Below are positions 9,984 through 18,438 of a stretch of DNA of 64,000 nt, piece after piece. Under the pieces are notes generated by a model. It worked only from the letters and a program-made list of their open reading frames with translations. It made no database searches and was not told the DNA's origin. The DNA is taken from assembly GCA_030609965.1 (NCBI GenBank), contig JAUWSQ010000002.1:1395-65394 (forward strand), read 5' to 3'. Made by a program: the position numbers and the translations under genes. Within the stretch, counting starts at the first letter, position 1. Each line of letters starts with the position of its first letter. The DNA is from Candidatus Fermentibacterota bacterium (lineage in GTDB: Bacteria; Fermentibacterota; Fermentibacteria; Fermentibacterales; JCC-6).

Positions 9984-10163
9984 CCCGCAAATCTCACCAG
10001 CATTTTACTGCAGCGACGTATACAGCTGCGTCTACTTCGTTATACTCGTACATCCGTCCTCGACGTACTATATAAGTACGCCTGCGGAGTCTGCACTCGC
10101 AAGCCTCGTATCCACAACTGTCTACGACGCTTCGAAACAAAAGCTGGTGAAATATGCGGGCTA
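9981..10163. repeat. 183-nt imperfect palindrome (long hairpin) filling the radical-SAM/aroE intergenic space
   Basis: The terminal arms 9981-10001 (tagcccgcaaatctcaccagc) and 10143-10163 (gctggtgaaatatgcgggcta) pair at 19 of 21 positions. Further interrupted pairing occurs inward (10013-10035 with 10108-10130). A central near-palindrome is gtactatataagtac. Confidence 0.6.
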
Positions 10164-10984
10164 GCCCTAAACATGGCTTCAGATTAGGCCTGATAGGATG
10201 GCCGCTCCATTACTCTCTCTCTCCTGTGATACACGAGGAATTTTTCAGATCAGCCGGTATCGGCGGTGAATATATCGCTTACCCCGTGCAGCCGGAGAGA
10301 TTCATTGAAACGGTTTCAAAGCTGCTTGGAAGCGGTGTCACTGGTTTAAATGTTACCTATCCTCACAAAGGTGCGGCTGCCGGCGTGTGTAATGAACTGG
10401 AGAGCCATGCCCGGGATCTGAAGGCGATCAACACAATGAAAACAGTCGATGGACATATTACGGGGTACAATACAGATATCTACGGTTTCAGCCGTTTTAT
10501 CGATGTGTGCAGCCTCCCTGAACCCTTTTTTGTATTGGGCAGCGGAAGCGTTGCATTGGCTGTTGATTACGTTCTCCATGAGCGGCACATGCAGTATGGA
10601 ATGTACTGCAGGAACCCTGCGAATTGGAGCGGCTGCAAATCCGCAGGATTGCCCGAAGAGTTAAGCGATGCTCTGATAACAGCTGATGCTGGAACTGTTG
10701 TAAACGCGACAACTCTTGGCTGGGGAGATAATGATATCTTCCCTCTGGAGCAGTCACTTCTCGGAAATATGGTTTTTGCCGACCTGAATTATAACAGTTC
10801 CTGGCGTTGGAGAAACAATCTTCATAAACGTGGGGTGAATACATTTACCGGGGAAGCCATGCTTGTACATCAGGCTGCCGGATCTTTCGAAATATGGACG
10901 GGTATCATGCCCTCTACCGCTGCGGTTCTAAAAATGGTGAAGGAGAAGCTTGAAGAAATGAAGAAGGGTTGTGATTGCTGTTGA
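10154..10984 (+). CDS. aroE: Shikimate 5-dehydrogenase
   Basis: GLIGWPLHYSLSPVIHEEF, GLNVTYPHKGAA and TGYNTDIYGF are classic AroE blocks. Confidence 0.9.
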   Translation: MRASPKHGFRLGLIGWPLHYSLSPVIHEEFFRSAGIGGEYIAYPVQPERFIETVSKLLGSGVTGLNVTYPHKGAAAGVCNELESHARDLKAINTMKTVDGHITGYNTDIYGFSRFIDVCSLPEPFFVLGSGSVALAVDYVLHERHMQYGMYCRNPANWSGCKSAGLPEELSDALITADAGTVVNATTLGWGDNDIFPLEQSLLGNMVFADLNYNSSWRWRNNLHKRGVNTFTGEAMLVHQAAGSFEIWTGIMPSTAAVLKMVKEKLEEMKKGCDCC

Positions 10985-11994
10985 ATATTGATGCCGGCTG
11001 GATTGAAAAGCGTTTGAATGATGGATTCTCAAGAGATGATCTGAAAGCGATTCTTCTTTCATCTGACGCGGAAGCCGATCTTCTGTACAGTGCGGCCCGG
11101 GAAGTCAGAAGAGAGCTGTTCGGTGACAGAGCCTTTATAAGGGCTGTAATCGAATTTGCGAACACGTGCAGATGCAGCTGCAAATATTGCGGAATGAGAA
11201 CAGAGAATACCGAAATCCCAAGATTCACGCTAGACCCGGATGAAATAGTATCCGTGGCTGAAATCGCGCTTGAGAATGGCATAAAAACCTTTTTCCTTCA
11301 AGCGGCCGAAAGCGAGGAGTACAACGCAGAGTGGCTTGGGGATGTTATTCGGAGAATATCCGATATGGATATGATGGTTCTTCTTTGCGTAGGGATTCAC
11401 AGGATAGATGATCTCGATTACTGGTATGAGGCCGGTGCCAGGAAATTCATTCTCAAACACGAAACCTCCAACAAAGAGCTTTTTGAAGATATGAAGCCCG
11501 GTTTTCTGCTGGATGATAGATTACGGTGGCTTCGCATTCTCCGTGAGCATGGGTATCATATCGGATCCGGACCTCTCCTGGGGCTTCCCGGACAGACGGT
11601 GGATTCTCTTGCTGATGATCTGATACTTATGAAGGATTTGAATGTTGACATGTCAAGCGTCTCTGTATTCCTTCCAGCCAGGGGTACACCCCTTGAGAAC
11701 TATCCGGTGGGAGATGTGGATCTTGGTCTGCGGTTCATCGCTGCCATGAGGCTTTATCTGAAAAACACCCTCATTCCTGCCACCAGTACATTCGAGCGAT
11801 TGCGGAAAGATGGGCAGCTTCTGTGCTTCGGCGCCGGGGCTAACGTAATTACCGTGAACATGACACCGCCGCGGCTGCGTGATGATTACGAACTCTACTC
11901 GGAGAGGTTCTATGTAGGGCTGGAACATGCCAGACGGACCATTGAACTTGCAGGTCTGCAGGAGACCACGGAATCAGACCTTCTGGGAGAATAG
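10975..11994 (+). CDS. Radical SAM enzyme of the HydE/BioB-like subgroup; closest recalled match is the [FeFe]-hydrogenase maturase HydE
   Basis: IRAVIEFANTCRCSCKYCGMR, HETSNKELFEDMKP and GLPGQTVDSLADDLILMKDLNVDMSSVSVFLPARGTPL run parallel to Thermotoga HydE as I recall it. The start is non-ATG (TTG at 10975 or 10981) and overlaps the aroE end. Confidence 0.55.
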   Translation: MLLNIDAGWIEKRLNDGFSRDDLKAILLSSDAEADLLYSAAREVRRELFGDRAFIRAVIEFANTCRCSCKYCGMRTENTEIPRFTLDPDEIVSVAEIALENGIKTFFLQAAESEEYNAEWLGDVIRRISDMDMMVLLCVGIHRIDDLDYWYEAGARKFILKHETSNKELFEDMKPGFLLDDRLRWLRILREHGYHIGSGPLLGLPGQTVDSLADDLILMKDLNVDMSSVSVFLPARGTPLENYPVGDVDLGLRFIAAMRLYLKNTLIPATSTFERLRKDGQLLCFGAGANVITVNMTPPRLRDDYELYSERFYVGLEHARRTIELAGLQETTESDLLGE

Positions 11995-12130
11995 TGTAAT
12001 ACCCCTGCACACAAAGTGAAAGCTCTTGCATACCCTTTAATGCAATTAGTCAATAAATAGTGATATTCTACATATAAAATAAAGAATATTCTCTTTGTTT
12101 TCTGGCATTGATATTGCTTTACTATTTAAT

Positions 12131-13570
12131 ATGAAATATTCAGAAGAACCTAAGTGCAGGAAGATCGGCAGCGGAGTCTCAGCTCCCGCCGTTACTCTCG
12201 CCGTTTTTTCATCCGCAGTGGTGATGATCTCCCTTTTATTGCTGGTGAATTACATAAGCGGTGTAGTAGACAGGCAGGCAGCGCTTGAGGAATACGTTCA
12301 GGTCCAATTGACTGAAGAGAGTGCTGTCGAAGGCCTGAAGATGGATCTCATAAATAGCAATATCCGTAGTTTTTCAGATATTCCTGTTTACAGCGTCGGC
12401 GGCCTTGAAACTTCCTTCCGCACGATTGGTACTTCAGCTGTGCCCCCTCTGGAACTCAGCTGGCGGTCACCGGGCTCAAGAATTCTATCCGCATTGCCCG
12501 TTGGAAAAAGCATTTTCGTACTCAGTGAATCAGATAACGGATTGAGAATAGATCTGCTGACAGGAACGGATGTAGAAAATTCGATTGAGGTTCTTCATAT
12601 TCCGGAATGGACTACGGAGCAATATTCCATCGCTGGCACTATCTACAGCGGCAGCCCTGTTCTTTTTCTGTTAACCAGGATAGAAAACAGGGAGTACGTA
12701 ACGATAATATCCCCCGAGACCGGTTGTGAATCTTACAATGTGGATCTTCCATTCTGGAACGAATCATCAATTCTCTCTGCAGGATGTGTTCAGGGCAGGC
12801 CTGCACTTCTTATCTCGGAAGGTGCAAACCGCGCACAGCTTTTCATTCCTGATTCACTCCCGCTTTTATCTGTCTCCAGCCCTCCGGGGACAACTCCCGT
12901 ATTCTACGGACAGGATCAGTTGTACGGCACTACGGATGATAGCTATCCGGAAGACAGTGAATACCCGGTGAGAACCGTTCTCCACGATGATTTCGATAAT
13001 AACGGAACAATTGATCTGCTGTTTGTCGGTTCGGGCAGCCTCTCCTTTGTTTCAGAAACCGAGGGTTCAATCATTCGAGATACGTTGCCAGGCGGCAGGC
13101 TTGTTGCATGGGGATTAACTGAACATGACCGGATTCTGTCGGCAAAATGGATAGTAGGCACCTCACATGAAAATTGGAGAGCCCTTACGCAGGATGGATT
13201 TGTTAATTCAGCAGGACCTGAATTCCATCCATTCAACTGGGAAGGCAGACTTGCCTCCTCCCGGAATTCCATTATCGGTTCAGTCGATGGATTCATCGTA
13301 ATTGCCGATGAGAACTCAGAACAGTTGAAAACTGTCTGTAACATACAGAATGCAGTATTGCATCAGTTGGAAGGCTCCGGCCTTGATCTGATATATACCG
13401 ATAACGATCTTCTGACAATACTATTGAATCCGCTGGAGGGGGACGGTTTTCTCCTCACATTGAGGTCGGAAACTTACAAAGATGAAAATATTCTAAGAGA
13501 AAACACATGGAATATACAGATTTACGGTAATGGCCCCCGCAGAAGGGTCAATTATGAGAGGGCGGTCTGA
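12131..13570 (+). CDS. Membrane-anchored protein with an FG-GAP-type calcium loop; first gene of the pilin-like locus
   Basis: One N-terminal hydrophobic helix is present (VTLAVFSSAVVMISLLLLV). DFDNNGTIDLLFVG fits the integrin/FG-GAP loop DxDxNGxxD. No other recognisable domain. I prefer ATG 12131 over TTG 12095. Confidence 0.4.
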   Translation: MKYSEEPKCRKIGSGVSAPAVTLAVFSSAVVMISLLLLVNYISGVVDRQAALEEYVQVQLTEESAVEGLKMDLINSNIRSFSDIPVYSVGGLETSFRTIGTSAVPPLELSWRSPGSRILSALPVGKSIFVLSESDNGLRIDLLTGTDVENSIEVLHIPEWTTEQYSIAGTIYSGSPVLFLLTRIENREYVTIISPETGCESYNVDLPFWNESSILSAGCVQGRPALLISEGANRAQLFIPDSLPLLSVSSPPGTTPVFYGQDQLYGTTDDSYPEDSEYPVRTVLHDDFDNNGTIDLLFVGSGSLSFVSETEGSIIRDTLPGGRLVAWGLTEHDRILSAKWIVGTSHENWRALTQDGFVNSAGPEFHPFNWEGRLASSRNSIIGSVDGFIVIADENSEQLKTVCNIQNAVLHQLEGSGLDLIYTDNDLLTILLNPLEGDGFLLTLRSETYKDENILRENTWNIQIYGNGPRRRVNYERAV

Positions 13571-13571
13571 A

Positions 13572-13931
13572 ATGAAGCTCTCATTGTCAGGCAGTTTTTT
13601 CAGGGGGCTTGCTATTCTCTCTTCAATATTCCTGTTGCTGACTCTGGTGCTGCTGTTATTCGCGGACAGAATCAGAAATGTGGAAGATCGCAGGAACGCT
13701 CTTCTTCTGGCTAATCAGATATTTTCATCCTTCAGCGGATCGTTCTATCCGGAAGTTGGAGTATATGACAGCACTGCTGTCTCCGGGAGTGTTCAATATG
13801 GAATTCGACGGACTGTTAGTGAAGTATCCCCCGGTATAAGGGAGATGCATATCTACGTCGGGAGGAATGATGGCAGCAACAGGATTGAACTTGTAAGGAA
13901 ATATTATGATCTGGAAATTAGAAATCTTTGA
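13572..13931 (+). CDS. Small membrane-anchored protein, possibly a pseudopilin without the canonical motif
   Basis: ATG 13572 lies 1 nt after the upstream stop. It has an N-terminal helix (FFRGLAILSSIFLLLTLVLLLF) and a size of 119 aa, and it sits in the pilin-like operon. Confidence 0.35.
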   Translation: MKLSLSGSFFRGLAILSSIFLLLTLVLLLFADRIRNVEDRRNALLLANQIFSSFSGSFYPEVGVYDSTAVSGSVQYGIRRTVSEVSPGIREMHIYVGRNDGSNRIELVRKYYDLEIRNL

Positions 13932-13943
13932 ATGGAGGTAAGT

Positions 13944-14318
13944 ATGAGAAGAACTAAGATTGAGTCAGGCGATCGGGGATTTACCCTGATTGAAGTACTC
14001 ATCGCATCCCTGCTTCTTGCTATTATTCTTACAGGAATCGGCTTCTTCTTCATGAACATCATAAAACAGTCGGACGTATTGGATGACAGGACAAGAGGGA
14101 TGGAACTTGCCCGACAGGGACTTGAGGAGATCCGGACCCTGGATATCAAATCATTTCCCCTCGGAAGGACTACACCTGAAGACATAGACTATTTCCACAG
14201 GTGTTTCGAGATCGCGGAGGTAGATCCCCTTTATCCCAACGCAAGGAATGTTCGGTGCGTTGTTTACTGGATCAGCGCAACAGGTTCAGATTCAATCAGT
14301 TTCAGTTCCATATTTTAA
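13944..14318 (+). CDS. Prepilin-type N-terminal cleavage/methylation domain protein (minor pilin or pseudopilin)
   Basis: GDRG|FTLIEVLIASLLLAIILTGIGFFF is a canonical class III signal with Glu at +5. A GGAGG sequence lies 5 nt upstream of ATG 13944. Confidence 0.8.
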   Translation: MRRTKIESGDRGFTLIEVLIASLLLAIILTGIGFFFMNIIKQSDVLDDRTRGMELARQGLEEIRTLDIKSFPLGRTTPEDIDYFHRCFEIAEVDPLYPNARNVRCVVYWISATGSDSISFSSIF

Positions 14319-14334
14319 GGTGGTGATGTATAGT

Positions 14335-16848
14335 ATGAAAAACTTTATGAATAGAGTATCCAGGGGAATGAGCCTTGTCGAAATCACAATCGTTCTTACT
14401 GTTCTTCTGGTGGTTTTCGGAGCGGTATTCCTCTTCTTTACCAGAGGCAGTGAGGAGTTTGACTTCTCAAGGAGGCAGAATGAGCTGACAACCATTGGAA
14501 GACTGGCTCTGGAAGAAGTGACCGACATAATACTGTATGCCGGTTATATGCCAACAGCACACTGGGATAACGATGAATGGCATCCGGTTGTTTTGGCGGA
14601 CAGCATTGAGTTCGAATTCTACGCGGATTACGCGGGAAATGAAATTCTGGATGATACCGATTACCGTAACATAGAGGTTATCAATCAGAGGTTCGTGGTT
14701 ACGGATCATGGTGACTATGTACGCAGGATAGGCAGCAATATCTCTTCTCTTGACTTCAACTATCTGGATGAGCTGTCCAATCCTCTGCCTGAACCGCTTT
14801 CCGCGGCGGATCTGGATCTTGTGCGGCATATTCAGATAAACCTGACTCTGGTTGGTGAGTACCGCAACAACATGTACTTCACCGAAGTCTCAACTACGAT
14901 CTCACCTCGAAACCTCGGCATTAATCACAATATAAACCCCGCTTTCACACCGCCCGACCCTCTTGCAGGCAATATTGCTTTCAATGTGTGTGGATTCGAT
15001 TCAGTTCCTCATCCCAACATAGATGAAGACCTCATGATGAACCAGATGATAGACTGGGGACTTACTGTCACAATACTCACGGACGATCAGATGGCAACCT
15101 TCGATTTCATAGGTGAGGAAATAGATCTGATAGTCCTCCGTCACAGAGATTCAACCAAGACCTTTCCGCATCCCGGCCTGTTCTACAACTACACAGGCGT
15201 AGGAGACACACTTGAGGTGCCTGTTGTCACCCTCAATGCACCGGATGCGGTCGATATATTCTCGATGGGCAAGGTTGCCCTTGACCTGAATCTTCTTCAG
15301 ATGACCCCGGCCAATATCTGGCATCCGGTCAACCGAGATCTGTCGATGGGTTTCAATACATTCTGGGTTTACAACCCCAGTTCAACAGGTATGCAGTCCA
15401 TCCTTGACAGTCTCATTTACGAAACACCAACTGTAGATACTGTACATACATATCCAGAGAACCTGATCGATCAATCAGGGATATGTGTGCAGGCTGAGCA
15501 AACCACACACAGAAAAGTTCACTTCAGCGCTCACGATGCCTCTGAATACACCACCCCTGATGGGTGGCAGATATTCTATAATGTCATCAAATGGAGCATC
15601 GGAAACGTTCCTGATATTATAGAAATAGAGGGCTTTGAAGATGAAGATGATTACAGTTTCGTGGATCCGGGTTATGGAGAAGATGCGTACTGTTACGTTG
15701 TATCTCCTATGATAACAATACCGCCTTCTTCGGATGAGAACTACGAAGCGATTCTGAGATTCTCCACCTGTTACTGGACAAGAAACAGAGCAGTAGGGGG
15801 GTATATTGATATAATAGCAACCGACAGCGCCGCGGTTGATTCCGTATGGAAACAGATTCCCAATGAAGATCTTCTTGTGGGCTACTACCATCAGCAGACT
15901 ACAATCGCATTCCCCGGCGGAATAAGGGATGCCTACATATACAAGAGCCCCGGATACAGTCCGGTCGCGCCTACCATGAACATTGAGGAAGCCGACCTTG
16001 AGGATTACAGGGGAAAAGATATCTGGATCCGCTGGGTATTCGGTGTAGAGGACAAGCAATCCAACAACCAGGACGGCTGGATAGTTGATGATATTGAGGT
16101 GCTTCTTGTTGACAGAGACTCCATGCCCAGCCTGGATATAAGGCTCGATCCATGGGCTGATCCTGACAGCGGGCAATATCATCCCAGGCGCTGGAATCAT
16201 CATGAGTTTCCAACATTCAACGATTGCTGGTATTACCATGACATCTACTCTATTGACCCGATCTTTCCACACGAGCAGGGCTACGCCTGGACAACCTGGG
16301 GAGAAATTGGATATATAGGGCCCTGGACTCACGGCGGGATCAACGATTCCTGGGAAATAGGGAAGGTCAGTATTTTCACGCCTGACCCCGATCCGGAACC
16401 GGTACAACTAATGAACGGTGCACATTACACAGGAAACGATCTCACTATTGATGATGGTCTGTACAATGATTTCGAAACATCTTACCTTCTTTCTGAGAGG
16501 TACGAGGTCGCAAACACCACATCCTTTACAAATATATATATTGAGATCTACAGGTGTATCAGGCTTTACACAATGGATGACGCATTCATACATCTCGGTT
16601 TTTCGGTTGATACGCTGCCCCCCGATCCCATGAATCTGAGTCTTTGGGAGGAAGTAATAACATTCACAAATGAAGATCATACTATCTGGGAGGAGGAGGA
16701 CTGGGAAGTGACCGACATTTTCAGTGATGCCCTTGCTGACAGTGCATACGAGAATTACTGGATCGTCTTCCATCTCATTTCAGGTCCGTCAAATGTCAAG
16801 GGAGGCTGGAATCTTGATAATATCAAGGTTCTGGGCTCCAATAATTAG
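14335..16848 (+). CDS. Very large pilin-like protein (prepilin-type N-terminus plus about 800 aa of acidic, aromatic-rich domains)
   Basis: The N-terminus reads NRVSRG|MSLVEITIVLTVLLVVFG, with Glu at +5. Two modules end in DGWIVDDIEVL and GGWNLDNIKVL. The start is ambiguous (14326 or 14335). Confidence 0.6.
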   Translation: MKNFMNRVSRGMSLVEITIVLTVLLVVFGAVFLFFTRGSEEFDFSRRQNELTTIGRLALEEVTDIILYAGYMPTAHWDNDEWHPVVLADSIEFEFYADYAGNEILDDTDYRNIEVINQRFVVTDHGDYVRRIGSNISSLDFNYLDELSNPLPEPLSAADLDLVRHIQINLTLVGEYRNNMYFTEVSTTISPRNLGINHNINPAFTPPDPLAGNIAFNVCGFDSVPHPNIDEDLMMNQMIDWGLTVTILTDDQMATFDFIGEEIDLIVLRHRDSTKTFPHPGLFYNYTGVGDTLEVPVVTLNAPDAVDIFSMGKVALDLNLLQMTPANIWHPVNRDLSMGFNTFWVYNPSSTGMQSILDSLIYETPTVDTVHTYPENLIDQSGICVQAEQTTHRKVHFSAHDASEYTTPDGWQIFYNVIKWSIGNVPDIIEIEGFEDEDDYSFVDPGYGEDAYCYVVSPMITIPPSSDENYEAILRFSTCYWTRNRAVGGYIDIIATDSAAVDSVWKQIPNEDLLVGYYHQQTTIAFPGGIRDAYIYKSPGYSPVAPTMNIEEADLEDYRGKDIWIRWVFGVEDKQSNNQDGWIVDDIEVLLVDRDSMPSLDIRLDPWADPDSGQYHPRRWNHHEFPTFNDCWYYHDIYSIDPIFPHEQGYAWTTWGEIGYIGPWTHGGINDSWEIGKVSIFTPDPDPEPVQLMNGAHYTGNDLTIDDGLYNDFETSYLLSERYEVANTTSFTNIYIEIYRCIRLYTMDDAFIHLGFSVDTLPPDPMNLSLWEEVITFTNEDHTIWEEEDWEVTDIFSDALADSAYENYWIVFHLISGPSNVKGGWNLDNIKVLGSNN

Positions 16849-16858
16849 GAGGAGGATC

Positions 16859-18421
16859 ATGAAGAAAAAAGGAAACAAAGGTTCTGCTCTGATCCTTGTT
16901 ATGGTCTCCGCTATAGTGTTATCGATTCTGGTGGGAGCGTTATACACGCTTTTCCAGTCCAACGCCAGCACACAGGAATGGGTCAAGGAAAGGATACAGG
17001 CCAGGTTCACCGCGGAGGCGGGAATGAGCATGTCCATCTACATGATAATGGAAGGTGCGGACGTGCCCCAGGGTGATGACCCTATTCAGTTCCTTCCGGA
17101 AACGGGTGACTGGTACGACCTGGGCGATGAAATGGGCTGGGTCCAAGTATATGTTGACCCTCATAACCTCAACGATGAAGTGATGAGTGCCAATGCGTAC
17201 GAAGTAAGGTGTCTTTCGAAAGTCATTAGCGAAGATCAGGTAGAGATGTACGGAATAGCTTCCCTGATACTTCCCAGGAATTTTGGCGTCTACGCAACTT
17301 TCCTGAACAATGCGGGTACTGGATATTTCGGAGATGGATACAGATTCGACGGCCCCTTCCACAGCAACTCGGTTGTTCAGTTGTCCAGCGCTACAGTAGG
17401 GAGAGATCAGGATCCCTGGTTTTACTCCTTTGCAACCGTGGAAGATCATTATCTCTACCGTGTTCCGAACACCGGTATAACCGAGATCGCAACCATGCCT
17501 CAGCATAAGAACCTCTATATCGAACCCTACGAGAAGATGCTTATAGGTGAACCCTTTTTCGAACTTGGTGTGGATGAGATTCCCTTCGGCTCATCTGCAG
17601 TGGGCTGGCAGGGAGCATACAACGCCGCAGTCAGCGGAGGGCTGGTGCTCAGCGGTCTTGCGGACAGCACCCGTATGATGCTCCTCGATAGTCTGCTTCT
17701 GGTCAAGGAGAATGCTGCAGCACCTGCTGTAACATATGACCTCTCGACGCTTTCTAATGCGGTTGTATGGATTGATAACGGTACGAACGAAACGGTATAT
17801 TTGAAAACGGAGGAGCAGACACCTTATCGGAGCCACGGCTTGACGCTGCCACTGACTATTGGCGTTAACGGCAACCTCTGTGTTTCAGGTCCTATCCTGT
17901 ATGATAATATCGACCTTTTAGATGACAGCAACAAGGTCATGCTGGGGCTGTTGGTGAAAGAGGGTAATTTCACTATTGCTGTTGACCCGGACATGGTTTC
18001 CACTCTGAATGACTGGGTTCTGCCCGATACGACGGATAAAACATGGGATATCAGCACCAGTGAGAATGATTATCTGAACGGGATAGAGGTTGATGCTGTG
18101 GTAATGGTTCTTGACGGATACTTCCAGCTGGAAGATATCAGCGGAAGTCACTATACTTACTGGTCACACCCGGCAATAGACTTTGAAATGGTAGGAGGTT
18201 ACATAGTCAATGCGGAGGGAGTAACAACCTGGGTTAGCGGAACCGACACCTGGGGATACCTGACCTTCGTCACTTACGATCCAAGGCTCATGACCATGCA
18301 TCCTCCATACTTCCCCAATACCGGTATCTGGGATACCGCTTACTGGGATGAGAGACCGGATATGATCGATGAAGATCTTCCTGCCGGTACGAATAATTAT
18401 ATAGGAAAGGATCTGCTTTAA
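16859..18421 (+). CDS. PilX_N-like large pseudopilin-like protein
   Basis: AGGAGGAGGA precedes ATG 16859. KKGNKGSALILVMVSAIVLSILVGALYTLF...ARFTAEAGMS matches the recalled PilX N-terminal signature. It is a paralogue of the next gene. Confidence 0.55.
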   Translation: MKKKGNKGSALILVMVSAIVLSILVGALYTLFQSNASTQEWVKERIQARFTAEAGMSMSIYMIMEGADVPQGDDPIQFLPETGDWYDLGDEMGWVQVYVDPHNLNDEVMSANAYEVRCLSKVISEDQVEMYGIASLILPRNFGVYATFLNNAGTGYFGDGYRFDGPFHSNSVVQLSSATVGRDQDPWFYSFATVEDHYLYRVPNTGITEIATMPQHKNLYIEPYEKMLIGEPFFELGVDEIPFGSSAVGWQGAYNAAVSGGLVLSGLADSTRMMLLDSLLLVKENAAAPAVTYDLSTLSNAVVWIDNGTNETVYLKTEEQTPYRSHGLTLPLTIGVNGNLCVSGPILYDNIDLLDDSNKVMLGLLVKEGNFTIAVDPDMVSTLNDWVLPDTTDKTWDISTSENDYLNGIEVDAVVMVLDGYFQLEDISGSHYTYWSHPAIDFEMVGGYIVNAEGVTTWVSGTDTWGYLTFVTYDPRLMTMHPPYFPNTGIWDTAYWDERPDMIDEDLPAGTNNYIGKDLL

Positions 18422-18438
18422 CTTGAACGGAAATATGA

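Noticed and set aside
9976-10164. A 62-aa ORF spanning the radical-SAM/aroE intergenic region.
   Set aside because: It coincides exactly with the long imperfect palindrome. It has no ribosome-binding site and a low-complexity composition. It is most simply an accidental open frame in structured DNA.
12095-12130. The TTG start at 12095 for the first pilin-locus gene, as given in the ORF track.
   Set aside because: An in-frame ATG at 12131 lies just ahead of the hydrophobic anchor, and the 12 extra codons add nothing recognisable. The start remains uncertain.
15475-16407. A 310-aa minus-strand ORF inside the giant pilin-like gene.
   Set aside because: It is an antisense shadow of a long acidic coding region. 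It has no start context, no motifs, and sits inside an otherwise co-directional operon.
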